DNA of 63,974 bases, the filler included, from Octopus bimaculoides (taxonomy: Eukaryota), in NCBI RefSeq assembly GCF_001194135.2. It is 8 parts of 8 records of this genome, joined end to end, with 100 filler letters (N's around TTAATTAATTAA, not from the genome) between each part and the next. Parts side by side here need not be neighbours in the genome. Positions count along the whole stretch, not along the records: positions 26,619 to 38,565 come from NC_069003.1; positions 38,666 to 41,290 come from NC_068981.1; 6 more parts are not named here. One strand, written 5' to 3'. Shown here in pieces: positions 27,613 through 40,047 of this stretch (position 1 is the first letter of the stretch; each line of letters opens with the position of its first letter). The notes beneath the pieces were generated by a model. It searched no databases, was not told the origin of the DNA, and saw only the letters and a list, made by a program, of their open reading frames with translations. The position numbers and the translations under genes are program-made.

Positions 27613-28221
27613 GGTATGATGGATAAATTGTCACCATTTTACATTTTTAATTTCATGCATGTGCATTGTTTGTTTTTGATTTTGTCGACTACACAGTATA
27701 GTAGGGTTAATTGGGCATCATCTGTGAGAAAAACAGTATCATGACGCAATTCACTCTGCCAGAAATTTGGAAACGACATGCTGTACTGTTTGGCATTCAT
27801 GTACCATGCCACAGAAGCAGGAGAACCCAGTCATGGCTGTCAGACAATTTCTACGACCACATCACCTCAAACATCTGGCTACCTGACTCCCTAGGCTGCA
27901 ACCCCCTCGATTATTGTGTGGGGTGCAGTTGAGTGAGAGACCAACAAAACTCCTTATAACGCCAAAGATGAACTGAAGGCAAGGATTATGGCAGCATTCA
28001 CCAACTTAAATAAGGAGACCATCCAGAAGAGTTGCAGGAGATTCCAAAGTCGTCGGGAGTCTGTGGTTGCAGCCAATGGCAATTTTATTGAATAAATTTA
28101 CTCTTTAGTATTTCAAGATATTTTAATGTAATTTTGGTAAATATATCTGTTAAAACAAGATGTCAGTGTTATTTTCATTTTAAGCATATTTTAGATAACA
28201 GTTAATTCACCGCACCCTGTA
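27608..28221 (+). mobile_element. Internally deleted maT-type (DD37D) Tc1/mariner element
   Basis: N-terminal MTQFTLPEIWKRHAV is fused to PCHRSRRTQSWLSDNFYDHITSNIWLPDSLGCNPLDY. The right end is CACCGCACCCTG-TA and the left end AGGGTATGATGG is a degenerate TIR. Confidence 0.8.
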
Positions 28222-28299
28222 TATATATATATATATGTGTGTGGGTGTGTATATTTATAGCAAAATTTATGTGTGTGTGTATCTTTTATCTTTATTGGT

Positions 28300-28502
28300 T
28301 TCAAATTTTGGCTCAAGGCCAGGAATTTGGGAGGAGGGTGCTAGTTGATTACATCGTTCCCAGTGTTCAACTAGTACTTAATCTATCGACCCCCAAAAGA
28401 ATTAAAGGCAAAGTTGACCTCGGCAGAATTTGAACCCAGAATGTGCTGACAGGACTAAGCATTTTGCCCTGTGTGCTAATGATTCTACCAGCTTACCACC
28501 TT
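28300..28502 (-). mobile_element. SINE family B, diverged
   Basis: GGCAAAGTTGACCTCGGCAGAATTTGAACCCAGAA. Confidence 0.75.
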
Positions 28503-28616
28503 ATTGGCGCTGGACTGGTAGAATCATTAAAGCATTGGACAAAATTACTTTGCTGTATTTGAACTGGTTCCTCATGTTACGAGTTCAATTCTCACTGTGG
28601 TCAATTTTATCTTTTA

Positions 28617-28800
28617 TCTTTAATATTTTATCTTTTTACGTGTTTCAGTCATTAGACTGTGGCCATGCTGTAGCACCACATTCAAAAATTTTCAGTCAAA
28701 CTAATCAGCCCCAGCACTTTTTTTTAAGCCTGGTACTTATTCTATCAGTCTCTTATACCAAACCACTGAGTTTTGAGAGATGTAAACAAACACCAGTGCT
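28617..28800 (-). mobile_element. SINE family A, 3' half
   Basis: GTTTCAGTCATTAGACTGTGGCCATGCTG motif. Confidence 0.75.
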
Positions 28801-28918
28801 CAAACAAATGCATGCACACACACACATACATATATATATACACACACAGGTGTGCAAATAAGTGCAAAACAAGGTGGAAAAAGTACTACTCGAATACAAG
28901 GTGGAGTAATATGCTTTT

Positions 28919-29088
28919 ATTAAAGCTGCAAAATTATCACAAAATTATCTGTTACTCAGAGTTTCACATTCCTGTTTGTCAGACAGTTGTGATGAAAACT
29001 GTTAGAACTGTCCAATGAACAGGAACATGAAACTCTGAGTAACAGCTTTGTAATAATTTTACAGCTTCAATAATTTTGCAGCTTTAAT
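28919..29088. repeat. Nested inverted repeat (about 170 bp)
   Basis: 19-bp arms at 28919-28937 / 29070-29088, 18-bp arms at 28949-28966 / 29028-29045, and 8-bp arms at 28969-28976 / 29018-29025. Confidence 0.8.
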
Positions 29089-29954
29089 ATATANNNNNNN
29101 NNNNNNNNNNNNNNNNNNNNNNNNNNNNNNNNNNNNNNNNNNNNNNNNNNNNNNNNNNNNNNNNNNNNNNNNNNNNNNNNNNNNNNNNNNNNNNNNNNNN
29201 NNNNNNNNNNNNNNNNNNNNNNNNNNNNNNNNNNNNNNNNNNNNNNNNNNNNNNNNNNNNNNNNNNNNNNNNNNNNNNNNNNNNNNNNNNNNNNNNNNNN
29301 NNNNNNNNNNNNNNNNNNNNNNNNNNNNNNNNNNNNNNNNNNNNNNNNNNNNNNNNNNNNNNNNNNNNNNNNNNNNNNNNNNNNNNNNNNNNNNNNNNNN
29401 NNNNNNNNNNNNNNNNNNNNNNNNNNNNNNNNNNNNNNNNNNNNNNNNNNNNNNNNNNNNNNNNNNNNNNNNNNNNNNNNNNNNNNNNNNNNNNNNNNNN
29501 NNNNNNNNNNNNNNNNNNNNNNNNNNNNNNNNNNNNNNNNNNNNNNNNNNNNNNNNNNNNNNNNNNGATTGGGGATTATAAGTCGTGTATTAGCGTGTGT
29601 ATGTATAAATAGAGAAAAGGATAAAGAGAACAATGGTAAAGTTAGAAATATATTTTATGGATAGAGTCTTACAGCTGTTTCAGGGAAGATCCAATGCATC
29701 CCTTCATCGGAGACAGAAATAGTAGAGGAATCGATTATTATATCTATAAGCGGAGAGTTATAGTAGGAAGTGAGAGTGAGTGTGATGCGCTGAAAAAAAG
29801 AAAGAAAGAACAGTACTTGGAGTGTAGCTTCATTCCAGTAGTAAGTATCCGTGTAAATAATCCTTGTGGGAATTTTCCGGAGATAGTTGCTGTAGTAAAG
29901 GCCGAAATAGCAGAGGTGGATATATGTCATATCGTGTCCGAAGTATATATATAT

Positions 29955-30275
29955 ATATATATATACGTGAAAAACAGCATTCGAGCGAGGGCGTAGCCAG
30001 TGCCACTGGACTGACTCCTGTGCAGGTGGCACGTAAAAAACACAATTTGAGCGTGGCCGTTGCCAGTACCACCTGACTGGCCCTCGTGCCAGTGGCACGT
30101 AAAAGCACCCACTGCAATCTCGGAGCGGTTGGCATTAGGAAGGGCTTCCAGCTGTAGAAACTCTGCCAGATCAGATTGGAGCCTGGTGCAGCCATCTGGT
30201 TCACCAGTCCCCAGTCAAATCGTCCAACCCATGCCAGCATGGAAAGCGGATGATGATGATGATGATGATGATGAT
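29955..30275 (+). mobile_element. Repeat family C (SINE or LINE-tail type ending in (GAT)n)
   Basis: GTGGCACGTAAAAGCACCCACT...CCAGCTGTAGAAACTCTGCC...CCCATGCCAGCATGGAAAGCGG; a diverged copy follows at about 30362-30560. Confidence 0.8.
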
Positions 30276-30571
30276 ACACACACATGCACACACACACACG
30301 CGTGTGCACGCAGATCGATGTATGTGTGCACATGTTGCTTTGCCTTGACCATAATGTGATGGTCATATGTGAGTGTCTGTGAAAACATCTGTGGCCTTGT
30401 GGAAATATTACCTTACTTAGAGACAGCTGAAGATTGGTAACAGTAAAGGCATCCAGCTCTAGAAAATTTTTCTCGTTGAATTCAGTCAAATCCATGAAAG
30501 CATGAAAAATGGACATTAAAACGACAAGGATGATAATGATGATGTTGATCATCATCATCATAATTTTTAGA

Positions 30572-30935
30572 CGAGGTGCAAGTGTGACTGTGTGGTAAAA
30601 AAAACTTGCATCTCAACCTCATGGCTCCAGGTTCAGTCCCACTTCATGGCATCTTGGGTGGGCCAACCAAATCCTTGTGAGTGGATTTGGTAGATGGAAA
30701 CTGAAAGAAGCCTGTCATATGTGCGTGTGCATGTCTGTCCCCACCAATGACTGACAACCGGTATCGGTGTGTTTACATCCCGGATAACTTAGCTGTTCAG
30801 TGAAAGAGTCTGATAGGATAAGTACCAAGTTCAAAAAAGTCAAAAGGCAAAAGTACTTAGGTCAATTCATTTGACTAAAAATTGTTGAAGGCAGTGCCCC
30901 AGCATGACCACAATCTAATGACTAAAACAAGTATA
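30572..30935 (+). mobile_element. SINE family A, diverged full copy
   Basis: GGTTCAGTCCCAC...GGAAACTGAAAGAAGCC...GAATAAGTACC-like...CCCCAGCATGACC. Confidence 0.8.
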
Positions 30936-31384
30936 AAATTACCCATGACAGAGAGCTTCAATGTGGTCATATACCTTGCTAGAAATGGCAGTCGGCAAAG
31001 TAGACAAAATTATTTTGCATGAGAAAATAAGGAGTAAAATTTCTATTGAAACCTTTTATCAGTGTGTTTCATGAGGCCTCAATCGAAGAGGAATTAGTGA
31101 TGTTCATGGCTTTCCAATTGATATCACTAAAAGAAAAGTAGCTTCCTTGACACTGTAAAGCGGGGCAATAACTCATGTTGATGATCATGCTGCGCTCATA
31201 AAAGTAATAGAAATGAAGATATGGTGATATTCATGCATTATCCCCTTCTTTAAAGGGGAAAGGAAATAGCATATGGGGATGCGTCCGTATCTTCCCCAAC
31301 CAATTAGCGCTTGTAAAGGGGAATAACTTGCAGTAATGTTGAACCGTTGCCTACAGAGGTTATCAGCGAAGGGGAAACAACTCT

Positions 31385-31457
31385 GTATGTGTGTGCGTGC
31401 GTGTGTGCGTGCGTGTGTGTGTGTGTGTGTGTGCGTGCGTGCGTGTGTGTAAAGACT

Positions 31458-31512
<55 letters not shown>

Positions 31513-31580
31513 GTAGGTAGGTAGGTAGACAGACAGACAGACAGATAGATAGCTAGCTAGCTAGCTAGATAGATAGATAT
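31385..31580. repeat. Compound microsatellite (GT/GC)n(GATA)n(GGTA)n(GACA)n(GCTA)n
   Basis: Read directly. Confidence 0.95.
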
Positions 31581-32268
31581 CATTGACATAAACCTTTTCA
31601 CCATACATTAATAATAATACGTGTTTGATATGACAGTGAAATCAAACTTTGCCAAGTAAATAACTTGGGCGTTATTAAGAAAAATATCGTAGCAAAGAAT
31701 TCCTATTTGGAATCATGTATTGTATCAATTTATCTGCTTATCACTTTTTGTATACATACTTGTGTATGTGTGTGTGTGTGTGTGAATGCATATATGTATA
31801 TATATGTGTATGTATGTATGTATGTATATATANNNNNNNNNNNNNNNNNNNNNNNNNNNNNNNNNNNNNNNNNNNNNNNNNNNNNNNNNNNNNNNNNNNN
31901 NNNNNNNNNNNNNNNNNNNNNNNNNNNNNNNNNNNNNNNNNNNNNNNNNNNNNNNNNNNNNNNNNNNNNNNNNNNNNNNNNNNNNNNNNNNNNNNNNNNN
32001 NNNNNNNNNNNNNNNNNNNNNNNNNNNNNNNNNNNNNNNNNNNNNNNNNNNNNNNNNNNNNNNNNNNNNNNNNNNNNNNNNNNNNNNNNNNNNNNNNNNN
32101 NNNNNNNNNNNNNNNNNNNNNNNNNNNNNNNNNNNNNNNNNNNNNNNNNNNNNNNNNNNNNNNNNNNNNNNNNNNNNNNNNNNNNNNNNNNNNNNNNNNN
32201 NNNNNNNNNNNNNNNNNNNNNNNNNNNNNNNNNNNNNNNNNNNNNNNNNNNNNNNNNNNNNNNNNNNN

Positions 32269-32321
<53 letters not shown>

Positions 32322-32529
32322 TATATATACATGTGTTTGTGTATGTTTATATGCATGTATGTGTGTGTGTGTATAGATATATACACACACACACACATAT
32401 TATATATATAGATAAAGATATACAAGAATAAGGGCAGAGAATCGTCAATTAATAATAGAATTAATAATTAACAATTCTGCCAAGTAGTTCAGTATGAAAA
32501 AACCTTTATCGGTAAAACTATTTATCATT

Positions 32530-32665
32530 ATAAATATACAGGGATTAGCAATTGAGTTGCTTTAGAGAAAAATTTGTAGTTTGGAATCAGTAGTTCTTTG
32601 ACTGCTATTTCTAAATTTTCAGTATGTTGGAGAAGCAACTCAATTGCTAATCCCTGTATATTTAT
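32530..32665. repeat. Fold-back element with perfect 33-bp inverted arms
   Basis: ATAAATATACAGGGATTAGCAATTGAGTTGCTT at 32530-32562 and its reverse complement at 32633-32665. The TA-CAGGG start resembles Tc1/mariner termini. Confidence 0.8.
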
Positions 32666-33469
32666 TTATAGATAAAGATAGATAGATATAGATAGATAAA
32701 TACATCCATATAAACATACACATATGTATGTCTTTATATATTATATATGTACACCTACAAATGTGTGTGTGTGTGTGTTTACATGACAGACATGCATATA
32801 CTTATATTTATGGTTATATATACATGTATGCTTATATATATGTGTGTGTCTATCTATAATCAATCTATCTATTCACCTATCTCCATCACTTGCATTTTTT
32901 TTTTCTCCTTCTGTATCGACTTTCCCTTCACAACCAAATAAAATAAGTTTGGAAAAAGACAAAATAAAAGAGAAAAAAGAAAGAAAAAAAAAGAAGAAAA
33001 CCTACAGACATTTCACAGTAAATAAAATGTACACACATTTTGCTGTACATTATTGTGAAAACTTGATATAGCAGAAAACATTTATAAAACACATTTTTTT
33101 TTATAGAAAGATAACTACACCAATCATAGAATACATTTTCACCCTAAAAACTTAATTGTTTCTTCTTTTCATTTTAAAATGAACATACTTAACAAACAAT
33201 GAAATGCTTTGACTTTAATCATGTTTTCTTCAATCTTTTCTCATAGAGAATCTGGGAAAAAATATTATTTTAAAAAATTGTAAATAATAATAGAAAAAGA
33301 AAGTTACTTATTTTTGTTTTTAGTGGTATTTTTACCTTTGGAATTTCAAGCAGAGATGTTATTCAGTTCCACCTATAACACTGGGTAACACGATTTTCGT
33401 CCTTGGGTAGCAACTGTTATTTGTGATTTGCTTACCTTTAGAAAGTATGAAAAATGGCTAATATTTCCT

Positions 33470-33640
33470 TCAAACTTTACTTCTGTTACATTTATTCAAA
33501 CCCCAAAGACTCCCTCACAATACACAGCTATGATGCTCCCCAACTATTCCTACTCAAGATCAAAGATACACATATTGTCAGCCACTAATGGACATGCTCA
33601 AGTAGTTATGGTCAAGCAACCGACAAGCAAATCTTTGGCA
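33470..33640 (-). mobile_element. Family E internal fragment
   Basis: AAACCCCAAAGA...GTCAGCCACTAA.GGACATGCTCAA is the reverse complement of about 12555-12690. Confidence 0.8.
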
Positions 33641-33644
33641 TTAC

Positions 33645-34106
33645 TCTTTACTCTTTTACTTGTTTCAGTCATTAGACTGCGGCCATGCTGGAGCACCGNN
33701 NNNNNNNNNNNNNNNNNNNNNNNNNNNNNNNNNNNNNNNNNNNNNNNNNNNNNNNNNNNNNNNNNNNNNNNNNNNNNNNNNNNNNNNNNNNNNNNNNNNN
33801 NNNNNNNNNNNNNNNNNNNNNNNNNNNNNNNNNNNNNNNNNNNNNNNNNNNNNNNNNNNNNNNNNNNNNNNNNNNNNNNNNNNNNNNNNNNNNNNNNNNN
33901 NNNNNNNNNNNNNNNNNNNNNNNNNNNNNNNNNNNNNNNNNNNNNNNNNNNNNNNNNNNNNNNNNNNNNNNNNNNNNNNNNNNNNNNNNNNNNNNNNNNN
34001 NNNNNNNNNNNNNNNNNNNNNNNNNNNNNNNNNNNNTCGGCCCGAGGCTATAGTAGAAGACACTTGCCCAAGGTGCCACGCAGTGGGAATGAACCCGGAA
34101 CCATGT
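33645..34106 (-). mobile_element. SINE family A spanning an N gap
   Basis: Matching termini on both sides of the gap. Confidence 0.85.
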
Positions 34107-34625
34107 TTGTTATAATGATATTTCTGCTTCAGCAACTCAGCACTGAATCTGTCTGAAATGTAATGGAAAATAGGTCAGTTTCCAAACATTGATGTCCAGG
34201 TCACAAAGCAAAGTTTGAAGGGAATAATAGTCATTTCCTTTGATTTCTAGATAGAAGCAAAGAGGAAATAACACTTACTGACCAAAGACAAAAACAAAGA
34301 TTAAAATTTTGTTACACAATGTTATTTGTGAAAGAATTATTAAAATTGTGTATATTTGTGTAACATTACTATATAATTATGTCATACATGTTGAAGATGT
34401 ATTACAGAGACATGTAATGTGCCTTCACCATGTATGACATAGCGTGTCTTAAACCACTTGTATTATGGAGACAATCATTTATAACTATCATGTGACATCA
34501 GGACAAGACAACATACATACACTTATACATGCACACACACATATATAAATATACATACATACATGCACATGTATATATATATATATGTATATATATATGT
34601 ATATATATATATATANNNNNNNNNN

Positions 34626-34669
<44 letters not shown>

Positions 34670-34994
34670 CAAAATCATTTGAATGTTCACATTCAAAATA
34701 AGATGTTACTATTGTTAATACCATATATGGTAAATAGTTTTAATTTATAATATTAACAGCAGTAACATAGGTGATTCACAGGTTTAATAGCATTATAAGT
34801 AATAAAATATAAAATTAGCATGAAGCCTTAAGGATGCAGTGAGCATCAACCTATTAAGAAATGAGAGCTAAAGTCTCAATTCAACTGCCAGAAGGCACCA
34901 AAATAATAGAAAATAACAGTATTCAAGGAAACGGACAAAGGAACATATATATATATATGTGTATCATCATCATCATCATCATCATTATCATCAT

Positions 34995-35100
34995 CCTTCA
35001 GGGTCAATAAATTAAGTACCAATGAAACACTGGGGTCAATGCAATCGACTAGTCCCCTCCTACCAAATTTCAGGCCTTGTGCCTTTAGTAGAAAGGATTA
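34995..35100 (+). mobile_element. SINE family B, 3' half
   Basis: CAGGGTCAATAAAATTAAGTACC...GTAGAAAGGATT. Confidence 0.8.
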
Positions 35101-35114
35101 CTATTATTATTATT

Positions 35115-35495
35115 ATTGTTCAGTAGTTTTATTTTTATAACGTGCTTTCACTTCACTACCGAGCGCAGCTCTGTGCGCCTTGGGTATGTGCTGTGGTGCT
35201 CTTATGGTTACTGTATTGAAGTGTTTTGCGTAGGATGTGTGCAGTGCGAAGTAGTGCAATTTTCTGTATGTTATATATATTTGTAAGTCCTGGTGTTTTT
35301 GTTATGTATTTGTCTGAATATTTTTTTATTGTACCTAAGGCACCTACTATGATAGGAATTGTTTCTGTTTTTAGATTCCACATTCGAGTTAACTCTATTT
35401 CCAGGTCTTTATATTTTGAAAGTTTTTCCATTTCTTTTAGGGAAACGTTGTCATCTGCTGGTATTGATACATCTATTAGAAAGCATTTTTTAAAT
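35115..35495 (-). mobile_element. R4/Dong-like RLE LINE 3' fragment
   Basis: Reads CFLIDVSIPADDNVSLKEMEKLSKYKDLEIELTRMWNLKTETIPIIVGALG...QKIALLRTAHILRK; (ATT)n flanks. Confidence 0.85.
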
Positions 35496-35521
35496 TATTA
35501 TTATTACTATTATTATTATTA

Positions 35522-35828
35522 TAGATGTCGCACAGTATACAATATCATGAGTTTGTTGATTGAAGATATTGTGTCTACTGGGGATTTGTACTGTTTGTCA
35601 AATTACAAGTACTGCAGACAGACAATACTTTACGCAATATGCATGCAGTTCTAAGTAATGCTGACTTTTGCAATACACCTAGATTGTAGGGTATTTCTAA
35701 AGTTTTCAGATATTTTTTCAGATTGGGTGGTATTGAACCCAATGCTTTGATGACAATAGGGATAACCTTTATGTTTGACTCTCGTAGCTGCCACATCTTA
35801 GCGATCTCAATTCTCAGGTCTTCGTATT
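35522..35828 (-). mobile_element. R4/Dong-like RLE LINE 3' fragment (different subfamily)
   Basis: Reads KYEDLRIEIAKMWQLRESNIKVIPIVIKALGSIP...LQKSALLRTACILRKVLS; (ATT)n flanks. Confidence 0.8.
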
Positions 35829-35857
35829 TATTATTGTTTTTATTATTATTATTATTA

Positions 35858-36075
35858 AGGCAGCAAGCTGGCAGAATCGTTAGCACGCCTGCCGAAATGC
35901 TAAGTGGCATTTTGTCTTCCACTACATTCTGAGTTCAAATTCTGCCAAGGTAGACTTTGCTTTTCATCCTTTCAGGGTCAATAAATTAAGTACCAGTTGA
36001 GTACTGGGGTTGATATTATCAACTAGTCCCCTCCCAGAAAATTTCAGGTCTTGGGCCTTTAGTAGAAAGAATTAT
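35858..36075 (+). mobile_element. SINE family B (about 220 bp, ATT tail)
   Basis: GCTGGCAGAATCGTTAGCAC...TTCTGAGTTCAAAT (B-box-like)...AATTAAGTACCAGTTGAGTACTGGGG...AGTAGAAAG. Confidence 0.85.
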
Positions 36076-36091
36076 TATTATTATTATTATT

Positions 36092-36308
36092 AAGGTGTTG
36101 AGCTGTCAGAATTGTTAGCGTGCCAGACAAAATGCTTAGAGATATTTCGCCCGTCACTACGTTCTGAGTTCAAATTCCGCCGAGATCGACTTTGCCTTTC
36201 ATCCTTTCAGGGTCAATAAATTAAGTACCAGTTGAGTACTGGGGTCGATGTAATCGATTATCCACCCCCACAAATTTCAGGCCTTGTGCCTATAATAGAA
36301 AGGGTTAT
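36092..36308 (+). mobile_element. SINE family B, tandem neighbour
   Basis: Same motifs; separated from the previous copy by (ATT)n. Confidence 0.85.
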
Positions 36309-36313
36309 TATTA

Positions 36314-36365
<52 letters not shown>

Positions 36366-36639
36366 TATTATTATTATCATCATCATCATTATTATTCCAG
36401 CTCCCTGCCCCTACTTCAAACCCCTTCCATTTTGAAAATAATTCTCCTTAATCCTCGTTGTCTGTCTTCTTATCCATTCTGTAGCAGCTATATAAATAGC
36501 CAGGAATTAAATCCAACATTCTCTCAGAGAAATGGTAAGATATGAGCTTAATGGAATTTTGGACTGGAGTCACTTAATGGATGGTATTGGTCTCTCTTCT
36601 TTCTTTCAAACACAATAACATTGCTCTTGCCAACACAGG

Positions 36640-36856
36640 CATCAGCATCAGCATCACCAATACTACCATCATCGTCTTCATCATAATCATCATCATCATC
36701 ATCATCACCATTACCATCACCACTATCACCATCATCATCACCATCATCACCATCATCATCACCATCACCATCAATACCACCACCACCAGTATCATCGCCA
36801 CCACCAACATTACCAGCAACATCATCATCACTACCAACAGCACCAGCATCACCATT

Positions 36857-36894
<38 letters not shown>

Positions 36895-36965
36895 AACCAC
36901 CACCAGCACCTCCACCAGTACTACAACCATCATAATCATCATCATTGTCAACAACGTCAACATCA
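36640..36965. repeat. Cryptic (CAT/CAC)n trinucleotide region
   Basis: Read directly; gives open frames in several phases at once. Confidence 0.9.
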
Positions 36966-37214
36966 AACTCATAGACACACAGACACACACTTAGAAAGAA
37001 ACCCTTGAAACTGGCAATCTGGCAGTCAGTATATGGTTACTCTACCTACCAGAGATGGCAACCAAATCTCTCCTGAAAATACATAATTTAGTTTCAATAA
37101 GAACACATTGGCTACACTACGTATGTCAGAAAATAGGATTGAGATGGTCCAAATCAGAATGCCTTTATGCATAGCGCTGAGGATGACGATGACATATTAC
37201 ATACACACAGGATG

Positions 37215-37397
37215 TTTGGCACGTAAAAACACCCACTACACTATCGGAGTGGTTGGCATTAAGAAGGGCATCCAGCTGTAGAAACTCTGCCAAATCAGAT
37301 TGGAGCCTGGTGCAGCCATCTGGTTCGCCAGTCCTCAGTCAAATCGTCCAGCCCATGCTAGCATGGAAAGTGGATGTTAAACGATGATGATGATGTT
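37215..37397 (+). mobile_element. Repeat family C copy
   Basis: Colinear with 30095-30270. Confidence 0.85.
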
Positions 37398-37439
37398 TCC
37401 AATCCAAAAATAAAAGTATTTTTAAAAATCGAATACTAT

Positions 37440-37920
37440 CAACCAGATTATGGCTTGGAGATAACCTTCTACTCAAAGTAACAGCCCTCAGCTTCCACCG
37501 TTGCCTCAAGATGGCTCCAGAACCTAGCACATGCATTCCTCACTGTGTCCCTGGGAAGATCTTTGAGCACTTCCTTGATCTTGGCCACCAGCTTGGCCTT
37601 GGCGTTGCAGGCAGTGAAGTTGGTGTCTGTCTCGACTGCACTCCACACATAGTAATCCATGAGATTACAATCATGGAAATTAGGAGACCGACATTGGGAC
37701 TCTGGTAGAGTTGTAGAAATTCTCTGACAACCACTTCTGACCTCTTTCTGGATGTATGGCAAGGAGCCAAATCCTGCTGCCACACATATGGCCTTCCAGC
37801 AGCAACGCTCACCAGCCAGGGATTGACCGTAGTCCCCATAAGCTTCACATAGCCATCTGAATTGAGCCTAAGAACTTGTTCAAAGGTATGGAGATGAACT
37901 CCGGTGTGAGGACACAATCC
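37440..37920 (-). mobile_element. maT-type (DD37D) transposase C-terminal relic
   Basis: Reads YVWQQDLAPCHTS...DCNLMDYYVWSAVE...KAKLVAKIKEV. Reconstruction across frameshifts gives 37 residues between the second and third D. Confidence 0.85.
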
Positions 37921-38361
37921 TTTGAAGGAGATTAGAGTTTTGTATTTCTTTGAAATTAATAACTAACTTTTCAAAGAGTCTCAAAAAAGAAGCACCAGAT
38001 GAGTACTAAGACTGATGTAAGTAAATTATATACCCCCACCCCCACCCCAACACATGCTGGTCTTGTGCAAAAAATTTGAGACCAATATTGAAATACTTTG
38101 ATTCAAACAAATCCAATATATAATTTATATATATATAATCAATAAAAAAAAAAGAAAGATCAAACACAACAACCAAGGACATGGTACCTGCAATGTATTA
38201 GCAGACGCTCAGGGAAGGAAAGAAAGGTGGTTTTACATTTTGAGAAAAGCTCTTTGTCAGAAACAGGAGACAGAAGAAAGTCGAAGAGAGAAGGAAGACG
38301 TAGGAATAAAATCGCCAACGATCCACATGCGGTTACATTTTGAAATGACCGGAAGGGAATG

Positions 38362-38392
<31 letters not shown>

Positions 38393-38393
<1 letters not shown>

Positions 38394-38530
38394 TTTAATC
38401 TTTTACTTGTTTCAGTCATTTGACTATGGCCATGCTGGAGCACTGCCTTTAGTTGAGCAAATCAACCCCAGGACTTATTCTTTGTAAGCCTAGTACTTAT
38501 TCTATCAGTCTCTTTTGCCGAATCGCTACA
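38393..38530 (-). mobile_element. SINE family A, 3' part
   Basis: Same 3' motifs as other copies. Confidence 0.85.
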
Positions 38531-39007
38531 TTATATATATATTACAACAAAAAATTTATATCATGNNNNNNNNNNNNNNNNNNNNNNNNNNNNNNNNNNN
38601 NNNNNNNNNTTAATTAATTAANNNNNNNNNNNNNNNNNNNNNNNNNNNNNNNNNNNNNNNNNNNNATGTGTATGTTGTGGGTGTTGGAGGTGTGCAGAAG
38701 AAATTAGTAAAAAAAAAAAAAATGAATAAAAGTTAATTTTTAAGAAGTATTTTAACAATGTTAATTTATTTTGAAGACGGCAAAATATCTCAACAGGGAA
38801 AAGAAGAATGTTGTTGTTGATGTTGTTGTTTACTGTTGAGGTCAGTGGTGACTGAACGGTGCAAAAATCATCCCGTTTTATTCTTGAAACGGTGTATCTA
38901 CCAATACACTATCAAATGTACTTTTTTCTTGTCCTCAGACGTTTCGGTACGTTTTAAGGGAGAGAGATTTGGCTGTTATTCCCAGCAGTTTTTTCGACTA
39001 TGTAGAA

Positions 39008-39245
39008 CAGTAGTTCCCAATCTGGTTCCATAAAACCCGTGGGGGTCCCTATAAGATTTTATGCGCAATAAACTGGTTATGTTTCTAAAATACACCAAAT
39101 ATTTAAACATTAATACAATTCCTGATAATATTTTAATTCTAAAAATATAATAGAAATTTTTAATCATCGAATGGTTATAGGGATCCATCCGAATAAAACA
39201 GCAATCAAAGGGGTCCACAGGTAAAAACATGGTTGAGAACCCCTG
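39008..39245. mobile_element. hAT (Charlie-like) MITE
   Basis: Termini CAGTAGTTCCCAATC and GGTTGAGAACCCCTG. TSD ATGTAGAA (39000-39007) / ATGTAGAG (39246-39253), 7 of 8 identical. Confidence 0.8.
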
Positions 39246-39871
39246 ATGTAGAGAATTTATCATTGACTTCACAGTGCCACTATTTAAAGCAACAATATAT
39301 AGTCGGGCGGACATCTGGATTAATACATGGCCGAGAATAAAGATGATTTCTTTTATAGAAAGGTAAAATAATAAGACTTGAAAGAAAGATGTTGTGCTAG
39401 CTAATAACACGCATGCACAGAAGAGTGCTTTCGTTTGCTTGAATTGTTGCAATGCGTAAATGGTGGATTTAGGAAAATCCTTTAAGCCATGCCGGTGAGA
39501 AGTGAAGCAAAATATGTAAGGTGACACCGTTCATTGGAATCTTCAGGTTGTTTAATCCTTAAACGGCGGATATCATGCATTGATGTTTCAAAACTTTTAC
39601 ATGGATACAGTCATCGTCAAAGGAAAATGAATATTTTACGGCACTTTTGTAAATTTTATTGTGCGAGAGACTAACAATTATTATAGTCTTTGTATTCATT
39701 TAAAGTGAAAATAAATATAGAAATTACTCTTAAGAAAAAGAGATATTTTTTAGCCTTCCTGCACATTTTGCATACACATTCATGCAACCCTTTCCCGTCG
39801 TTTAAAGTTTAATGGTTCTATAATATTTCGGGAAACTTTCCCTTTGTCAAATATAAAAGAGAATATAAAAC

Positions 39872-40016
39872 TGGCTTTGTGGTAAGTAGCTTGCTTACAT
39901 GGTTCCGGGTTCAGTCCCACTGCGTGGCACCTTGGGCAAGTGTCTTCTACTATAGTTTCGGGCCGACCAAAGCTTTGTGGGTGGATTTGGTAGGCGGAAA
40001 CTGAAAGAAGCGCGTC

Positions 40017-40047
<31 letters not shown>

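Noticed and set aside
36548-36994. Asp/Gly-rich, poly-Met and Ile/Thr-rich ORFs
   Set aside because: Products of a CAT/CAC repeat open in several frames at once; no unique coding signal.
39326-39362. Candidate first exon MAENKDDFFYRK (and MAPPPQKY at 45311-45335, minus)
   Set aside because: Good start context and donor-like GT, but motifs this short arise by chance in 64 kb.
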